From assembly GCA_965219535.1 (NCBI GenBank), contig CBDCNV010000001.1:1770001-1802000 (forward strand): 32,000 bases of DNA, given 5' to 3'. Both the position numbers and the translations under genes were made by a program. This document shows positions 1-8,717 of this stretch, piece by piece (the stretch's first letter is position 1; each line of letters starts with the position of its first letter). This DNA comes from Opitutales bacterium (lineage in GTDB: Bacteria; Verrucomicrobiota; Verrucomicrobiia; Opitutales; PNEW01). Below the pieces are notes generated by a model. It did not search any database. It was not told the origin of the DNA and worked only from the letters and a program-made list of their open reading frames with translations.

Positions 1-780
1 CTCAATGGCTATTACCGCACTGTTTACTTTCGGTAACATTCCCGATCCAATGACGCCCTTAGCTTTGTAAGCTTCGACTTGATCGACTTTTAAGGTGGAA
101 ATAAGAGACTCGGGGTCATCGGGATCATTTAAAAGGCCTGGCACATCGCAAAGATAAACAAGGCGCCGCGCGTGCAGGGCGGATGCTACATGGGAAGCTG
201 CGGTATCCGCATTCGTATTGTAAACGCGACCCTCTTTATCCAAAGCGATAGGGGAGATAATAGGGATATAGCCCTCTTCGAGCGCTTTTTGGATGATCCT
301 TGTTTTGACATTTTTAATTTCTCCAACCTGACCCAGGTCGACAGGTTTATTCGAATCATCTCGCGTCAATTTTTCACATAGAAATATTTTATTTCCGATC
401 ATCGGGAGCGGGCGACCAGCACTATGCTGAATAATTTCAGCAATATCGAGATTGATCTCTTCATTGAGCGTCTTTTCGACAATCTTAATCGATTTATCAT
501 CAGTAACCCGTAACCCCTTATTAAAAACCGGCACTAACCCGGCCTCTTCCATCGAACGGCTGATAGCTTTACCACCCCCATGAACGACTACGACATGGAT
601 ACCAACGGCGGCGAGAAAAACAATATCGGTAGCGACACGGCGACGCACATGAGGATCGGGGTCATCCATAAAACGGCCCCCATACTTGATGACAAAAGTA
701 GAGCCTTTAAAACGTTGTATGTAGGGCAACGCTTCGAGTAAGACACGAGCTTTTGAAATGATGTCGACTTCGGTTATCAT
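1..780 (-). CDS. argB: N-acetylglutamate kinase (partial; C-terminus lies beyond the window start)
   Basis: My own minus-strand translation from the ATG at 780-778 gives MITEVDIISKARVLLEALPYIQRFKGSTFVIKYGG...VVVHGGGKAI...YNTNADTAASHVA...GMLPKVNSA. These are amino-acid-kinase motifs (KYGG, HGGG, NTNAD). The frame stays open to position 1. The gene starts 5 nt downstream of the argJ stop. It is absent from the ORF track because it is truncated. Confidence 0.9.
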   Translation of the reverse strand, partial: MITEVDIISKARVLLEALPYIQRFKGSTFVIKYGGRFMDDPDPHVRRRVATDIVFLAAVGIHVVVVHGGGKAISRSMEEAGLVPVFNKGLRVTDDKSIKIVEKTLNEEINLDIAEIIQHSAGRPLPMIGNKIFLCEKLTRDDSNKPVDLGQVGEIKNVKTRIIQKALEEGYIPIISPIALDKEGRVYNTNADTAASHVASALHARRLVYLCDVPGLLNDPDDPESLISTLKVDQVEAYKAKGVIGSGMLPKVNSAVIAIE

Positions 781-785
781 AAGTT

Positions 786-2063
786 TTATTCGCTCTTGTT
801 AAAATCCACATACGCTTCAGAGAGGTCGGTGCTCAATAAGCGGTAAGAGGCTTTGCCGAGATTTAAATTCAAAATTATAGAAAACCGTTTTTTACTTACG
901 ATATCTATCCACCGTGATTTATTTTTTAAAAGACATCGTCCTTTCGTAATTACTGGTACCGAATGTTGTTTCGTTGTGCCAGTGGGAGTTGCATAGGCGA
1001 GATCAAGTTTTTCCTCTTGAACAGAAGCACCCGAGTAACCGGCAGCATCGAGAATACGGCCCCAGTTAGGATCACTTCCATACCATGAGGTTTTCACAAG
1101 GAGAGAGTTTCCAATCGAACGGGCGATTTTATTCGCATCGGTTTTATTCTTAGCTCCCTCCACGCATAGCTCCACTACTTTGGTGATACGTTCACCATCG
1201 GACACTATTTTATCGGCAAGGACAGCGCAGACATGACGCAATCCGAGAACGAAATTTTGAAACAAACTTGATTGCGTGGGTGACACTTTGATCCCGGATT
1301 TAGCATTTGCGAGAAGGATCACCGTATCATTAGTGCTCATGTCACCATCCACTGTTATCGCGTTAAAAGACAGTTCGACTGCTTCAGCTAATATTTTCTG
1401 AAGCAGGGTTTTACTGATATCAGCATCGGTCGCAATAAACGCGAGCATAGTCGCCATATTCGGTTGAATCATACCTGCTCCTTTTGCTATCCCGCTGATT
1501 GTAATATAATCGAGATCGCTCGCTTTGTCCCCCGCGTGTAAATGGGGTATTTTTACGGTAATGATTTTCTCCTTCGTATCGGAAGTGAGAATGGCTTTCG
1601 CGGTTTTAAGTCCATGCTCTTTCGTCGATCCTAAATTCGCGGCAGCATCTTTAATCCCCACACGAATTTTCTGCATGGGTAATACTTCACCGATGCGGCC
1701 CGTTGAACAGACAAAGAAAGTTTCCGGGGGTGTATTACAAGCGCTAGCGGCGCTGAACTGCATCGACCAGGCATCTTTCATTCCACGTTCACCGGTGCAG
1801 GCATTGGCATTTCCACTATTCACGACAACTCCATGAAATTGATTTTCGACGCGCAGCAATTCCTGGCAGAGATTAACGGGCGCGGCACTTACAGCGTTTT
1901 TAGTGAAGACTCCTGCCGCAGAGCAGGGAGTGGGGGAAAAAATTAATGCCAGGTCCAGTCGGTCATCTTTTTTGTCACGTAGATCACAGGACGTACCGAC
2001 CGATTGGAAACCAGGAACATCGGTGATACCACTGGATTTTTTTTCTTCTATGAATGCACTCAT
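786..2063 (-). CDS. argJ: bifunctional glutamate N-acetyltransferase / amino-acid acetyltransferase (ornithine acetyltransferase)
   Basis: A 425-aa ORF with the ArgJ autoproteolytic site context PNMATMLAFIATDA. It is sandwiched between argC and argB. Confidence 0.95.
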   Translation of the reverse strand: MSAFIEEKKSSGITDVPGFQSVGTSCDLRDKKDDRLDLALIFSPTPCSAAGVFTKNAVSAAPVNLCQELLRVENQFHGVVVNSGNANACTGERGMKDAWSMQFSAASACNTPPETFFVCSTGRIGEVLPMQKIRVGIKDAAANLGSTKEHGLKTAKAILTSDTKEKIITVKIPHLHAGDKASDLDYITISGIAKGAGMIQPNMATMLAFIATDADISKTLLQKILAEAVELSFNAITVDGDMSTNDTVILLANAKSGIKVSPTQSSLFQNFVLGLRHVCAVLADKIVSDGERITKVVELCVEGAKNKTDANKIARSIGNSLLVKTSWYGSDPNWGRILDAAGYSGASVQEEKLDLAYATPTGTTKQHSVPVITKGRCLLKNKSRWIDIVSKKRFSIILNLNLGKASYRLLSTDLSEAYVDFNKSE

Positions 2064-2093
2064 GAGACAGTTAGCTTATCCGAAAGCATTTAT

Positions 2094-3119
2094 CTAAATC
2101 AATCCCTCATCTTCCGGAAAACCCAGGATTAGATTCATAATCTGGACAGCTTGTCCACCAGCCCCCTTCATAAGGTTGTCCTCAGCGGAATGAATAATGA
2201 AGTTGTCCGTCCGTGGATCGTGTGTTGCTGATATGTCGATTCGATTCGTATGGAGGAGATCTGAGGTGTGAGGGGGGGTGCCCGAGGGGAGAATGGAGAT
2301 GAATGGTTTTCCTGAGTAAGCTTTTTCCCAGGAAGCATAAATGTCTTCACTCTTATTATTGTTCGCAGGCGCGATAATCGTAGTAATGATACCGCGTATC
2401 ATGGGAACAAGATGGGGTGTAAACTGGATTACGGTGTTTTTACCGGATGCTTCCGATAACTGTTGCTCGATTTCTGAGAGATGGCGGTGTTTAGGTACAC
2501 CGTAGGGTGTAGCGTCTTCCGCGCGTTCACAGAAACTGTAATATTCCTCTGCTTTTTTTCCTGCACCACTTACACCGCTCAAGCTGTTAACAATAATCCC
2601 TTGATTTGAAATTACACCGTCACTGAGCAACGGCATAATCGGAATGAGGATACTTGTTGGATAACATCCAGGACACCCGATAATTGGAGCGTCTTTCCAA
2701 GAGCCATTATGAATCTCAGGAATGACATACGCAGAGCGGGAGAGAAGTTCAGGATCGGGGTGGGGACAGCCGTAAAACTCCTCATAGCGCTGCGAGGTAT
2801 CGAGCCGAAAATCAGCGCTGAGGTCTATTACTTTTTTCCCCGCATCGACAAGGGAACGGGCATATTCGACCGCCACGCCATGAGGCAGCGCTAAAAAGTA
2901 TAGATCGACATCTTTATTTTTAGCGAGCTTGGTTGCATCTGAATCCGTGAATTTTAATTTAGGCAACTGACCACGCAGTGTAGGAATGGCATCTCCGATC
3001 GCAGAACCGGCAAGTTTACGAGAGGTGACGACGGTCAAATTTACACGCGGATGTCGCGCTAGCAATCGAACAAGCGTTTCACCAATATACCCTGATGCGC
3101 CTACAATTCCGATATTCAT
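2094..3119 (-). CDS. argC: N-acetyl-gamma-glutamyl-phosphate reductase
   Basis: A 341-aa ORF. It has an N-terminal Rossmann motif (IVGASGYIGETLVRLL), the active-site Cys in GCPGCYPTS, and the C-terminal NLMKGAGGQAVQIMN. Confidence 0.95.
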   Translation of the reverse strand: MNIGIVGASGYIGETLVRLLARHPRVNLTVVTSRKLAGSAIGDAIPTLRGQLPKLKFTDSDATKLAKNKDVDLYFLALPHGVAVEYARSLVDAGKKVIDLSADFRLDTSQRYEEFYGCPHPDPELLSRSAYVIPEIHNGSWKDAPIIGCPGCYPTSILIPIMPLLSDGVISNQGIIVNSLSGVSGAGKKAEEYYSFCERAEDATPYGVPKHRHLSEIEQQLSEASGKNTVIQFTPHLVPMIRGIITTIIAPANNNKSEDIYASWEKAYSGKPFISILPSGTPPHTSDLLHTNRIDISATHDPRTDNFIIHSAEDNLMKGAGGQAVQIMNLILGFPEDEGLI

Positions 3120-3133
3120 GATAAGTGAAATTA

Positions 3134-3154
3134 CCTGCAGTAAATTACTGCGGG
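3134..3154 (-). repeat. imperfect inverted repeat / hairpin in the argC 5' leader
   Basis: CCTGCAGTA (3134-3142), then aat, then TACTGCGGG (3146-3154). That is 9 pairs including one G-U, ending 14 nt before the argC ATG. Its function is unknown. Confidence 0.3.
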
Positions 3155-3163
3155 TGTAGATTA

Positions 3164-3192
3164 TTTAGATGAATTATTACGAAAAATTTCAA
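3164..3192 (-). promoter_or_regulatory. candidate sigma70-type promoter for argC
   Basis: The minus strand reads TTGAAA (3192-3187), a 17-nt spacer, then TCTAAA (3169-3164). It lies between the rpsI terminator and the argC start. The -10 box is only a moderate match. Confidence 0.3.
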
Positions 3193-3223
3193 TTAATTTA
3201 GATAAGAATAAGAGCAATGTGGA

Positions 3224-3265
3224 CCAAAAAATAAACCCTCCACAGTAGCCATGACCGAGGAGGGT
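3224..3265 (-). terminator. intrinsic terminator downstream of rpsI
   Basis: The minus strand reads ACCCTCC (3265-3259), a 17-nt loop, GGAGGGT (3241-3235), then TTTATTTTTTGG. It starts about 30 nt after the rpsI stop. Confidence 0.55.
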
Positions 3266-3295
3266 GTAAATAAATAGGGTCCCAATTCGAATAGG

Positions 3296-3703
3296 CTATC
3301 TTTTAGAAAACTGAAATCTTTTTCTGGCGCCAGGTTGGCCGGATTTTTTACGTTCCTTTTCACGAGGATCTCGCTTCAGGAAACCTCCATGTTTTAGGGG
3401 AATCCGCCAATCGGGGTTATATTTTTCCAAGGCGCGTGCTAGGCCATGAGAAATAGCGCCAGCCTGTCCGGAAGGGCCACTGCCATGAACTGTGATTACT
3501 GCGTCAAATTGCTCGCGCGCATCAACTGTAGCCAGTGGTGCGGTTGCTATTTTTGAAAGCGTTTCATGATAACAATAGTTATCGATATCGCGTTTATTAA
3601 TCGTTATCTTTCCACTGCCACCGGGAATGAGACGAATACGCGCGGTTGCTGTTTTGCGACGCCCCGTAGCGAGTAAGATGTTACTATTGTTGTCTGCACT
3701 CAT
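3296..3703 (-). CDS. rpsI: 30S ribosomal protein S9
   Basis: Contains GRRKTATARIRL, HGSGPSGQAGAISHGLARAL and the C-terminal RKRFQFSKR. I prefer the ATG at 3703 (MSADNN...) over the ORF-track start at 3724, which would overlap the rplM stop. Confidence 0.9.
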   Translation of the reverse strand: MSADNNSNILLATGRRKTATARIRLIPGGSGKITINKRDIDNYCYHETLSKIATAPLATVDAREQFDAVITVHGSGPSGQAGAISHGLARALEKYNPDWRIPLKHGGFLKRDPREKERKKSGQPGARKRFQFSKR

Positions 3704-3713
3704 GAATCGAGAT

Positions 3714-4142
3714 TCAAGCTTCAAAGATTATCGGCTGCTGCGCGTCATGTGGATGATTAGGTCCTGCGTAAATTTTTAGCTTTGTAAGCATCTGACGGGA
3801 AAGGCGATTCCTGGGGAGCATACCTTTTACTGCATTTTCTATTATAAATACAGGCTTTTTATTACGCATATCTTTTAATTTTATATGTTTTTCGTTTCCG
3901 AAATAGCCCGAGTAAAACATATATTCTTTCTGCTCTTCCTTGTTTCCACTAACCACGATTTTATCAGCATTAATGACAACAACAAAATCACCCGTATCTA
4001 TATGGGGGGTATAAGTAGGCTTATTTCGTCCCCGCAGGATATTGGCAATTTTGACAGCGAGACGGCCGAGAATCTGTTCCTCGGCATCTACCAGATACCA
4101 TTTTTTCTCCGTATCGCCAGTTTTTGCTAGAAAGCTTTTCAT
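3714..4142 (-). CDS. rplM: 50S ribosomal protein L13
   Basis: From the ATG at 4142 the protein reads MKSFLAKTGDTEKKWYLVDA..., colinear with the E. coli L13 N-terminus as I recall it ([20 protein letters not shown]). The ORF-track start at 4190 is a TTG that forms part of a TTGACA hexamer, which I read as the -35 box. Confidence 0.9.
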   Translation of the reverse strand: MKSFLAKTGDTEKKWYLVDAEEQILGRLAVKIANILRGRNKPTYTPHIDTGDFVVVINADKIVVSGNKEEQKEYMFYSGYFGNEKHIKLKDMRNKKPVFIIENAVKGMLPRNRLSRQMLTKLKIYAGPNHPHDAQQPIIFEA

Positions 4143-4162
4143 CGAATTCATGAGAAGCGGAA

Positions 4163-4190
4163 AAGCTAGTCGGACTTCATCACTTGTCAA
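4163..4190 (-). promoter_or_regulatory. candidate promoter of rplM-rpsI
   Basis: The minus strand reads TTGACA (4190-4185), a 16-nt spacer, then TAGCTT (4168-4163). This would give a very short leader before the ATGs at 4151 and 4142. Confidence 0.4.
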
Positions 4191-4284
4191 CTGATTAATT
4201 AAATCCCTGCGGTGTAGCGATCTGCAATTTTCATGAGGGGAGGCAATGTTTGAATATCCGCAGTTTAGTTAATATGTGAGTTAT

Positions 4285-4325
4285 CTAAATAGAAACAGCC
4301 CACATCTGTTAAAAGATGTGGGCTG
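4285..4325 (-). terminator. intrinsic terminator downstream of the porin-like gene
   Basis: A perfect 12-bp stem, CAGCCCACATCT (4296-4307) paired with AGATGTGGGCTG (4314-4325), around a 6-nt loop. On the minus strand it is followed by TTTCTATTT. It starts about 28 nt after the stop at 4353. Confidence 0.7.
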
Positions 4326-4352
4326 CAAAGTGGTTATCAGGGAAATCGCTCT

Positions 4353-5048
4353 TTAGAAACCAGCTGAAAAAGAGGCCCCCCACCAGAAGTTAGCATCGCG
4401 AGTAGCAGGCAGATCGGTTGCACTCACACGCATACCGATTGAGAAGGCCGCATCGTCATTAAAAGCATAACTCCAATCAACGGACGCACCATAATAGGCG
4501 TAATCGGTCCCGCTCCCCGTATCAAAGAAGACAGCAGCGACATAAACGCCAACGTCTATAGTAGAACCCTGAAGGGTATCGCTCAAGGCAAAGCTGTGTT
4601 CGGCAGAACCCTGAATCGTAAATCCATTGAGGTCGACATCATAATATAAATAGACGGAAGGTGCGAATGTTACATCTGCGGCAAATCCTCCATAAAACTC
4701 TCTGGAGAAGGAGTCAGACGATGGATCTTCAGGAAACCAATAGTAGGTAAATCCGACATCCACGCTCAGCCAATCGGCCAGCCCGAATCCGTATCCGGTA
4801 TAGAAATCGATTTCATTGTTAAAACCGACGCCATCAACGATAGGTTCGTTTGCCCAAATGCCGGCATAAAAATCACCATAACTCATGTCCACGGCGGGTT
4901 GAAAGGATTCATCAGCGAACTGCACCCCGCGAAATACGTATTCCGACTCGTAGGCGAAAGTGGCCGAAATACCCAATTCCTGTGCCGAAAGCGTGCTTAT
5001 ACTCAAGAGTGAGGCTAAAACAATTATACTTAGTTTTCTTTTCATCAT
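4353..5048 (-). CDS. outer-membrane beta-barrel protein, Gcw_chp/TorF-like putative porin
   Basis: Has a signal peptide (MMKRKLSIIVLASLLSISTLSAQE) and the N-terminal motif ESEYVFRGVQ typical of the Gcw_chp family as I recall it. The sequence shows an alternating aromatic/small-residue pattern and ends in a C-terminal Phe (SFSAGF). Confidence 0.7.
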   Translation of the reverse strand: MMKRKLSIIVLASLLSISTLSAQELGISATFAYESEYVFRGVQFADESFQPAVDMSYGDFYAGIWANEPIVDGVGFNNEIDFYTGYGFGLADWLSVDVGFTYYWFPEDPSSDSFSREFYGGFAADVTFAPSVYLYYDVDLNGFTIQGSAEHSFALSDTLQGSTIDVGVYVAAVFFDTGSGTDYAYYGASVDWSYAFNDDAAFSIGMRVSATDLPATRDANFWWGASFSAGF

Positions 5049-5155
5049 TTTTCTTTTTTGTAGTTTTGAAATCTTTATTGATTAATTGGGGTCACTGCTA
5101 AAATAAGCGAGAAGTATGCCAATCATAATTTTCATCCTGATTTTGGCGATGACTG

Positions 5156-5166
5156 TTTTTTTTTTT
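5156..5166. repeat. T11 homopolymer tract (A11 on the minus strand)
   Basis: Counted directly: 11 consecutive T. The tract lies 108 nt upstream of the porin-like gene start, within the divergent porin/tal intergenic region. Confidence 0.95.
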
Positions 5167-5486
5167 GCATTTTCCAATAAATTTGAAGTCGGGAGAGATA
5201 AAAAAGGCTAAAATTGAACAGTAGCGTAATTCACTGCGCAGTATGTGCCACGCGATAATCTTAAAGATTTGTATGCCAGCCACATATAGGAAAAAGGCTC
5301 ACTCGGCCCCGATCGTTATTCAGCGTTGAGAGGTGCAATTTTCCGACATTTTAAAGAATTTATTGCAAATAACGGTAGACCCAATAATCTCGCACTAGAG
5401 TAGCAGTTGTCTGGGATACAGCTTTTAAATGGACCTAAGCGATTTCAAAATATAACAGAAAATAACAAAGAAAGAGTGGATTAATC

Positions 5487-6476
5487 ATGGGAGAGGCAAG
5501 AAGTAGCGTGGTAGAAAACCAAGCGAGTCAGCTTGATCAGCTCAAACAGTTCACAAAAGTTGTGGCCGATACCGGGGATTTTGCTGCGATCAAGCAGTAT
5601 TCACCAGATGACTCTACGACCAATCCAACCCTGATATATAATGCGGTAAAGAAAGATGAATATAAACATCTATTAGATAAGGCCGTGATTGATAATAAAG
5701 ATCAAAGCTCTGATCGTGAGCTGCTCGTTAATAAAATTATTGATCATTTACTCATACTTTTTGGTCTCGAGATATTAAATATAATTCCAGGCCGCGTTTC
5801 TACGGAGGTGGATGCCCGTCTTTCATTCGATACCATGGGAACGATTGGGAAAGCGCATGAGATCATTCAACTTTACGAGGATAATGGAATTTCAAGGGAG
5901 CGGATCCTGATTAAAATAGCCTCAACCTGGGAGGGCACACTGGCTGCGACTAAGCTGGAGAATGAGGGCATTCACTGTAATATGACCCTCTTATTTTCGC
6001 TTCCCCAGGCGGTTGCTTGTGCCGAAGCGGGGGCAACACTTATCTCTCCTTTTGTTGGTCGCATTCTCGATTGGTATAAAGCAGCAACGGGAAAAGATTA
6101 TTCCGGTGTCGATGATCCCGGTGTGATGTCGGTTAAAGAGATCTACAATTACTTTAAAAAAAATGGTTATACGACTGAAGTGATGGGTGCCAGTTTCCGC
6201 AATGTCGATGAAATTGTTGAATTAGCAGGTTGTGATTTATTGACGATCAGTCCCGATCTCCTGCAGACCCTAATGGACACTCAAGTGCCGCTTGAAAGGA
6301 AGTTAAGTCCCGAATCTGCTCAGAAACAGGACCTGGAGAAAGTAATACTCGATGAAAATAAATTCCGTTGGTTGCTCAATGAAGATGCAATGGCAACTGA
6401 GAAACTGGCTGATGGCATCAGGCGTTTTGCAGCCGATGCAGAAAATCTTGGTGCATTAATAAGAGAGAGAGTTTAG
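5487..6476 (+). CDS. tal: transaldolase
   Basis: A 329-aa ORF with [15 protein letters not shown], the Schiff-base Lys context KIASTWEG, and [11 protein letters not shown]. Confidence 0.95.
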   Translation: MGEARSSVVENQASQLDQLKQFTKVVADTGDFAAIKQYSPDDSTTNPTLIYNAVKKDEYKHLLDKAVIDNKDQSSDRELLVNKIIDHLLILFGLEILNIIPGRVSTEVDARLSFDTMGTIGKAHEIIQLYEDNGISRERILIKIASTWEGTLAATKLENEGIHCNMTLLFSLPQAVACAEAGATLISPFVGRILDWYKAATGKDYSGVDDPGVMSVKEIYNYFKKNGYTTEVMGASFRNVDEIVELAGCDLLTISPDLLQTLMDTQVPLERKLSPESAQKQDLEKVILDENKFRWLLNEDAMATEKLADGIRRFAADAENLGALIRERV

Positions 6477-6497
6477 AATAAAGTAGCGCTTGTTTAC

Positions 6498-7349
6498 TTA
6501 ATCATCTCCCACACTTTTATTAATTGATTCACGGGATATTTTTTTAGTCCGGACAAAAGGCATAAAAAAAAGTCCTTTTACCGTCAGTTGTTCTGGTCGA
6601 TCAGTCTCATCGAGACCATATTGAATCGTCCGGGGATGATTCCGCAGGCGAAATGAGCGGAACGCCCGATCCCAAATTGAGAGAAGTGATGTGTAGTTGG
6701 AATTTGTTTCAGAGACTACGCGTGAATGGTGCACTTTGTGCATGGCTGGACTGGTTAAAAAAAAACGCAGTAGACGATCATATTTTTCTGGGAGTCCAAT
6801 ATTGGCATGATGGAATTGCGTGTTAGCGAACATGATCATTTCATATAGAACCAATTCACCGAGAGTTATACCGGTGATTAGAAATACAGGTAGCCGGAGC
6901 AGTGAAGAGAGAATGATTTCTCCGAGATGAAAGCGATTTGCGGTTGTTACGTCCATATGAGGATCAGAATGATGAACTTTATGAAAGATCCAGAGAAAGG
7001 GTAAGCAGTGATTAAAGCGGTGCCACCAGTAGGTCCAGAAATCCAGAAGTAGAATCGCACCTGTAAAATGGATGTAAGCGGGAAGTGAAGTGACATTCAG
7101 AAGGCCAAAGTTATGACGTCCGGTCCACTCTATGGCCATTACCCAAAGGCTGACAAAAAGCACGATTACAGCGAAAACATTAATTATACCTAGTATCAGG
7201 TTTCGGATACAATGGTTGAAACGCAGACGAAATCTCTTATGGAAAAAATCGAAAAAGGGATTTGTGCTCTCCAGTAAAAGCAAAATGACTAATACCGAGA
7301 TAGCCAGAGGTTGACGGTAATCAGAAATAACTGAATAAAAATTTTCCAT
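6498..7349 (-). CDS. fatty acid hydroxylase / sterol desaturase family membrane protein
   Basis: Has several TM helices and four His boxes: HRFNH, HKVHHSDPH, QFHHAN and MHKVHHS. Confidence 0.8.
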   Translation of the reverse strand: MENFYSVISDYRQPLAISVLVILLLLESTNPFFDFFHKRFRLRFNHCIRNLILGIINVFAVIVLFVSLWVMAIEWTGRHNFGLLNVTSLPAYIHFTGAILLLDFWTYWWHRFNHCLPFLWIFHKVHHSDPHMDVTTANRFHLGEIILSSLLRLPVFLITGITLGELVLYEMIMFANTQFHHANIGLPEKYDRLLRFFLTSPAMHKVHHSRVVSETNSNYTSLLSIWDRAFRSFRLRNHPRTIQYGLDETDRPEQLTVKGLFFMPFVRTKKISRESINKSVGDD

Positions 7350-7521
7350 TTATAAGGTGGATTTTTATGACGATATTATGGGGCAAGATTTCTTGGCCAG
7401 TGATCATGGAACTTGTGGAAGCGAGTCTGGTCTGAATATTTCAATTATTATTGTTCTTATACCAACTCATTAGTTAAGTGAATTATGTTATGATTAATAG
7501 TACCGTTACGGCTAGAATGTC

Positions 7522-7549
7522 TTGTCATATGTTAAAAAATATTTATAAT
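7522..7549 (+). promoter_or_regulatory. near-consensus sigma70-type promoter upstream of the moxR operon
   Basis: TTGTCA (7522-7527), a 16-nt spacer, then TATAAT (7544-7549). This implies a leader of roughly 120 nt before the moxR ATG at 7675. Confidence 0.55.
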
Positions 7550-7674
7550 GGTCGGTAAAATTAGCAAACAATTGCATAGTGATTAGATAGTTGTTAGAAG
7601 TTTTCGTAAATCGTTTTTATTACTACTGCTGAATTTCAATTTTAGCCATTGTTGCTGAAACTGAAAATATAATT

Positions 7675-8646
7675 ATGAGTGAAGTCACAAAAACTATACC
7701 TGCTCCTGCTGTAAAGAAATCGCTTGATAGTTTACATGCGAATATAGCGCAAGTAATCAAAGGTAAAGATGATGTTATCGAGCATGTGCTTATTTGTCTG
7801 ATCGCATCCGGGCACCTCCTGATCGAAGATCTTCCCGGCCTGGGTAAAACGACCTTGGCTTACTGTCTTGCGCGATCGATCGACTGCTCGTTTTTGAGAA
7901 TCCAATTTACGAGTGATCTTTTACCCAGCGACGTAATCGGAGTCTCGGGTTACGATGAACAAGTAAAAGAATTTGTTTTTAAGCGTGGACCGATATTCAG
8001 CAACATCCTTCTCTGTGATGAAATCAACCGCACGACACCGAAAACACAATCTGCTCTACTCGAAGTGATGGATCGCAGCAAAGTAACGGTCGACGGTCAG
8101 ACTTATTCGGTGACCGCTCCTTTTATGGTATTTGCCACCCAGAATCCAGTCGATTATGAAGGCACCTTCCCCTTGCCCGAGAGTCAAATGGATCGTTTTC
8201 TCATGCGTCTGAAAATGGGTTACCCCCAACAGGAGAAAGAACTGGAAATTTTAGAAAATGGGACTCTGCGCTATGACAGTATCCAACCTGATCCAGTTAT
8301 TACCCGCAATGAAATCCAGCGATTCCAGGAATATGTCCATCACGTTTTTGTCGAAGAGAGTGTCCTGGAATATATTTTGCGAATTGTAACCGCAACACGT
8401 GCTGAAAATGAATTTCTAGCAGGCGTGAGTACAAGGGGTAGTTTATCCGTTAAAGTGGCAGCTCAAGCCACGGCCTTAGCAGATGGGCGAAACTTTGTCA
8501 TCCCCGAAGATGTTACCAAGATCTTATTACCGGTCCTTACCCATCGTCTTGGATTGCGACGTCAAACATCGGACGCTTTAGAAGAGAGAAGTATTGTCGA
8601 AGGGATCTTACGTAACATAATCGATTCTGAACCGATACCTGTGTAA
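7675..8646 (+). CDS. MoxR-family AAA+ ATPase
   Basis: Has Walker A (DLPGLGKT) and Walker B (LLCDEINR), plus FATQNP. Its length of 323 aa is typical of the AAA_3/MoxR family. Confidence 0.9.
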   Translation: MSEVTKTIPAPAVKKSLDSLHANIAQVIKGKDDVIEHVLICLIASGHLLIEDLPGLGKTTLAYCLARSIDCSFLRIQFTSDLLPSDVIGVSGYDEQVKEFVFKRGPIFSNILLCDEINRTTPKTQSALLEVMDRSKVTVDGQTYSVTAPFMVFATQNPVDYEGTFPLPESQMDRFLMRLKMGYPQQEKELEILENGTLRYDSIQPDPVITRNEIQRFQEYVHHVFVEESVLEYILRIVTATRAENEFLAGVSTRGSLSVKVAAQATALADGRNFVIPEDVTKILLPVLTHRLGLRRQTSDALEERSIVEGILRNIIDSEPIPV

Positions 8647-8717
8647 TTGATGCGTTCGTAGATTATTTGGTTGCGCCAGTTTTAAAATAACGGCAGATAT
8701 GTTATTATAGGGCTTAT

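Noticed and set aside
1525-2097. Antisense or alternate-frame ORFs inside confirmed genes. Examples are 1525-1836 and 1903-2097 in argJ, 11258-11668 in the tgpA-like gene, 23560-24354 in the dehydrogenase, 26958-27753 in rnr and 28923-29524 in glyA.
   Set aside because: Each lies wholly within a gene that has strong family motifs, and their translations are low-complexity or Arg/Ser-rich. This is typical of shadow ORFs.
4143-4190. Long N-terminal extensions suggested by the ORF track for rplM (start 4190), rpsI (start 3724) and mreC (start 16670).
   Set aside because: The rplM extension starts on the TTG of a TTGACA hexamer that fits a -35 box, and the shorter protein aligns with the canonical L13 N-terminus. 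The rpsI and mreC extensions would overlap the upstream genes by 11 and 71 nt, and better internal starts exist.
4597-4610. The near-palindrome TGTTCGGCAGAACC resembles a TGTTC-N4-GAACA-type repressor operator.
   Set aside because: It lies inside the porin-like coding sequence, occurs once, carries one mismatch, and is not near polB or any DNA-damage gene.
5098-5283. A 61-aa minus-strand ORF in the porin/tal intergenic region.
   Set aside because: It has no recognisable motif, it is antisense to the T11/mini-ORF region, and it lies in AT-rich DNA where such ORFs arise by chance.
7520-7530. The 11-mer TCTTGTCATAT is shared between the moxR upstream region (7520-7530) and the rnr upstream region (27980-27990). 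I considered it as a possible common regulatory motif.
   Set aside because: Many exact 11-mer repeats are expected by chance in 32 kb on two strands. The orientation relative to the downstream genes differs, and the flanks do not align.
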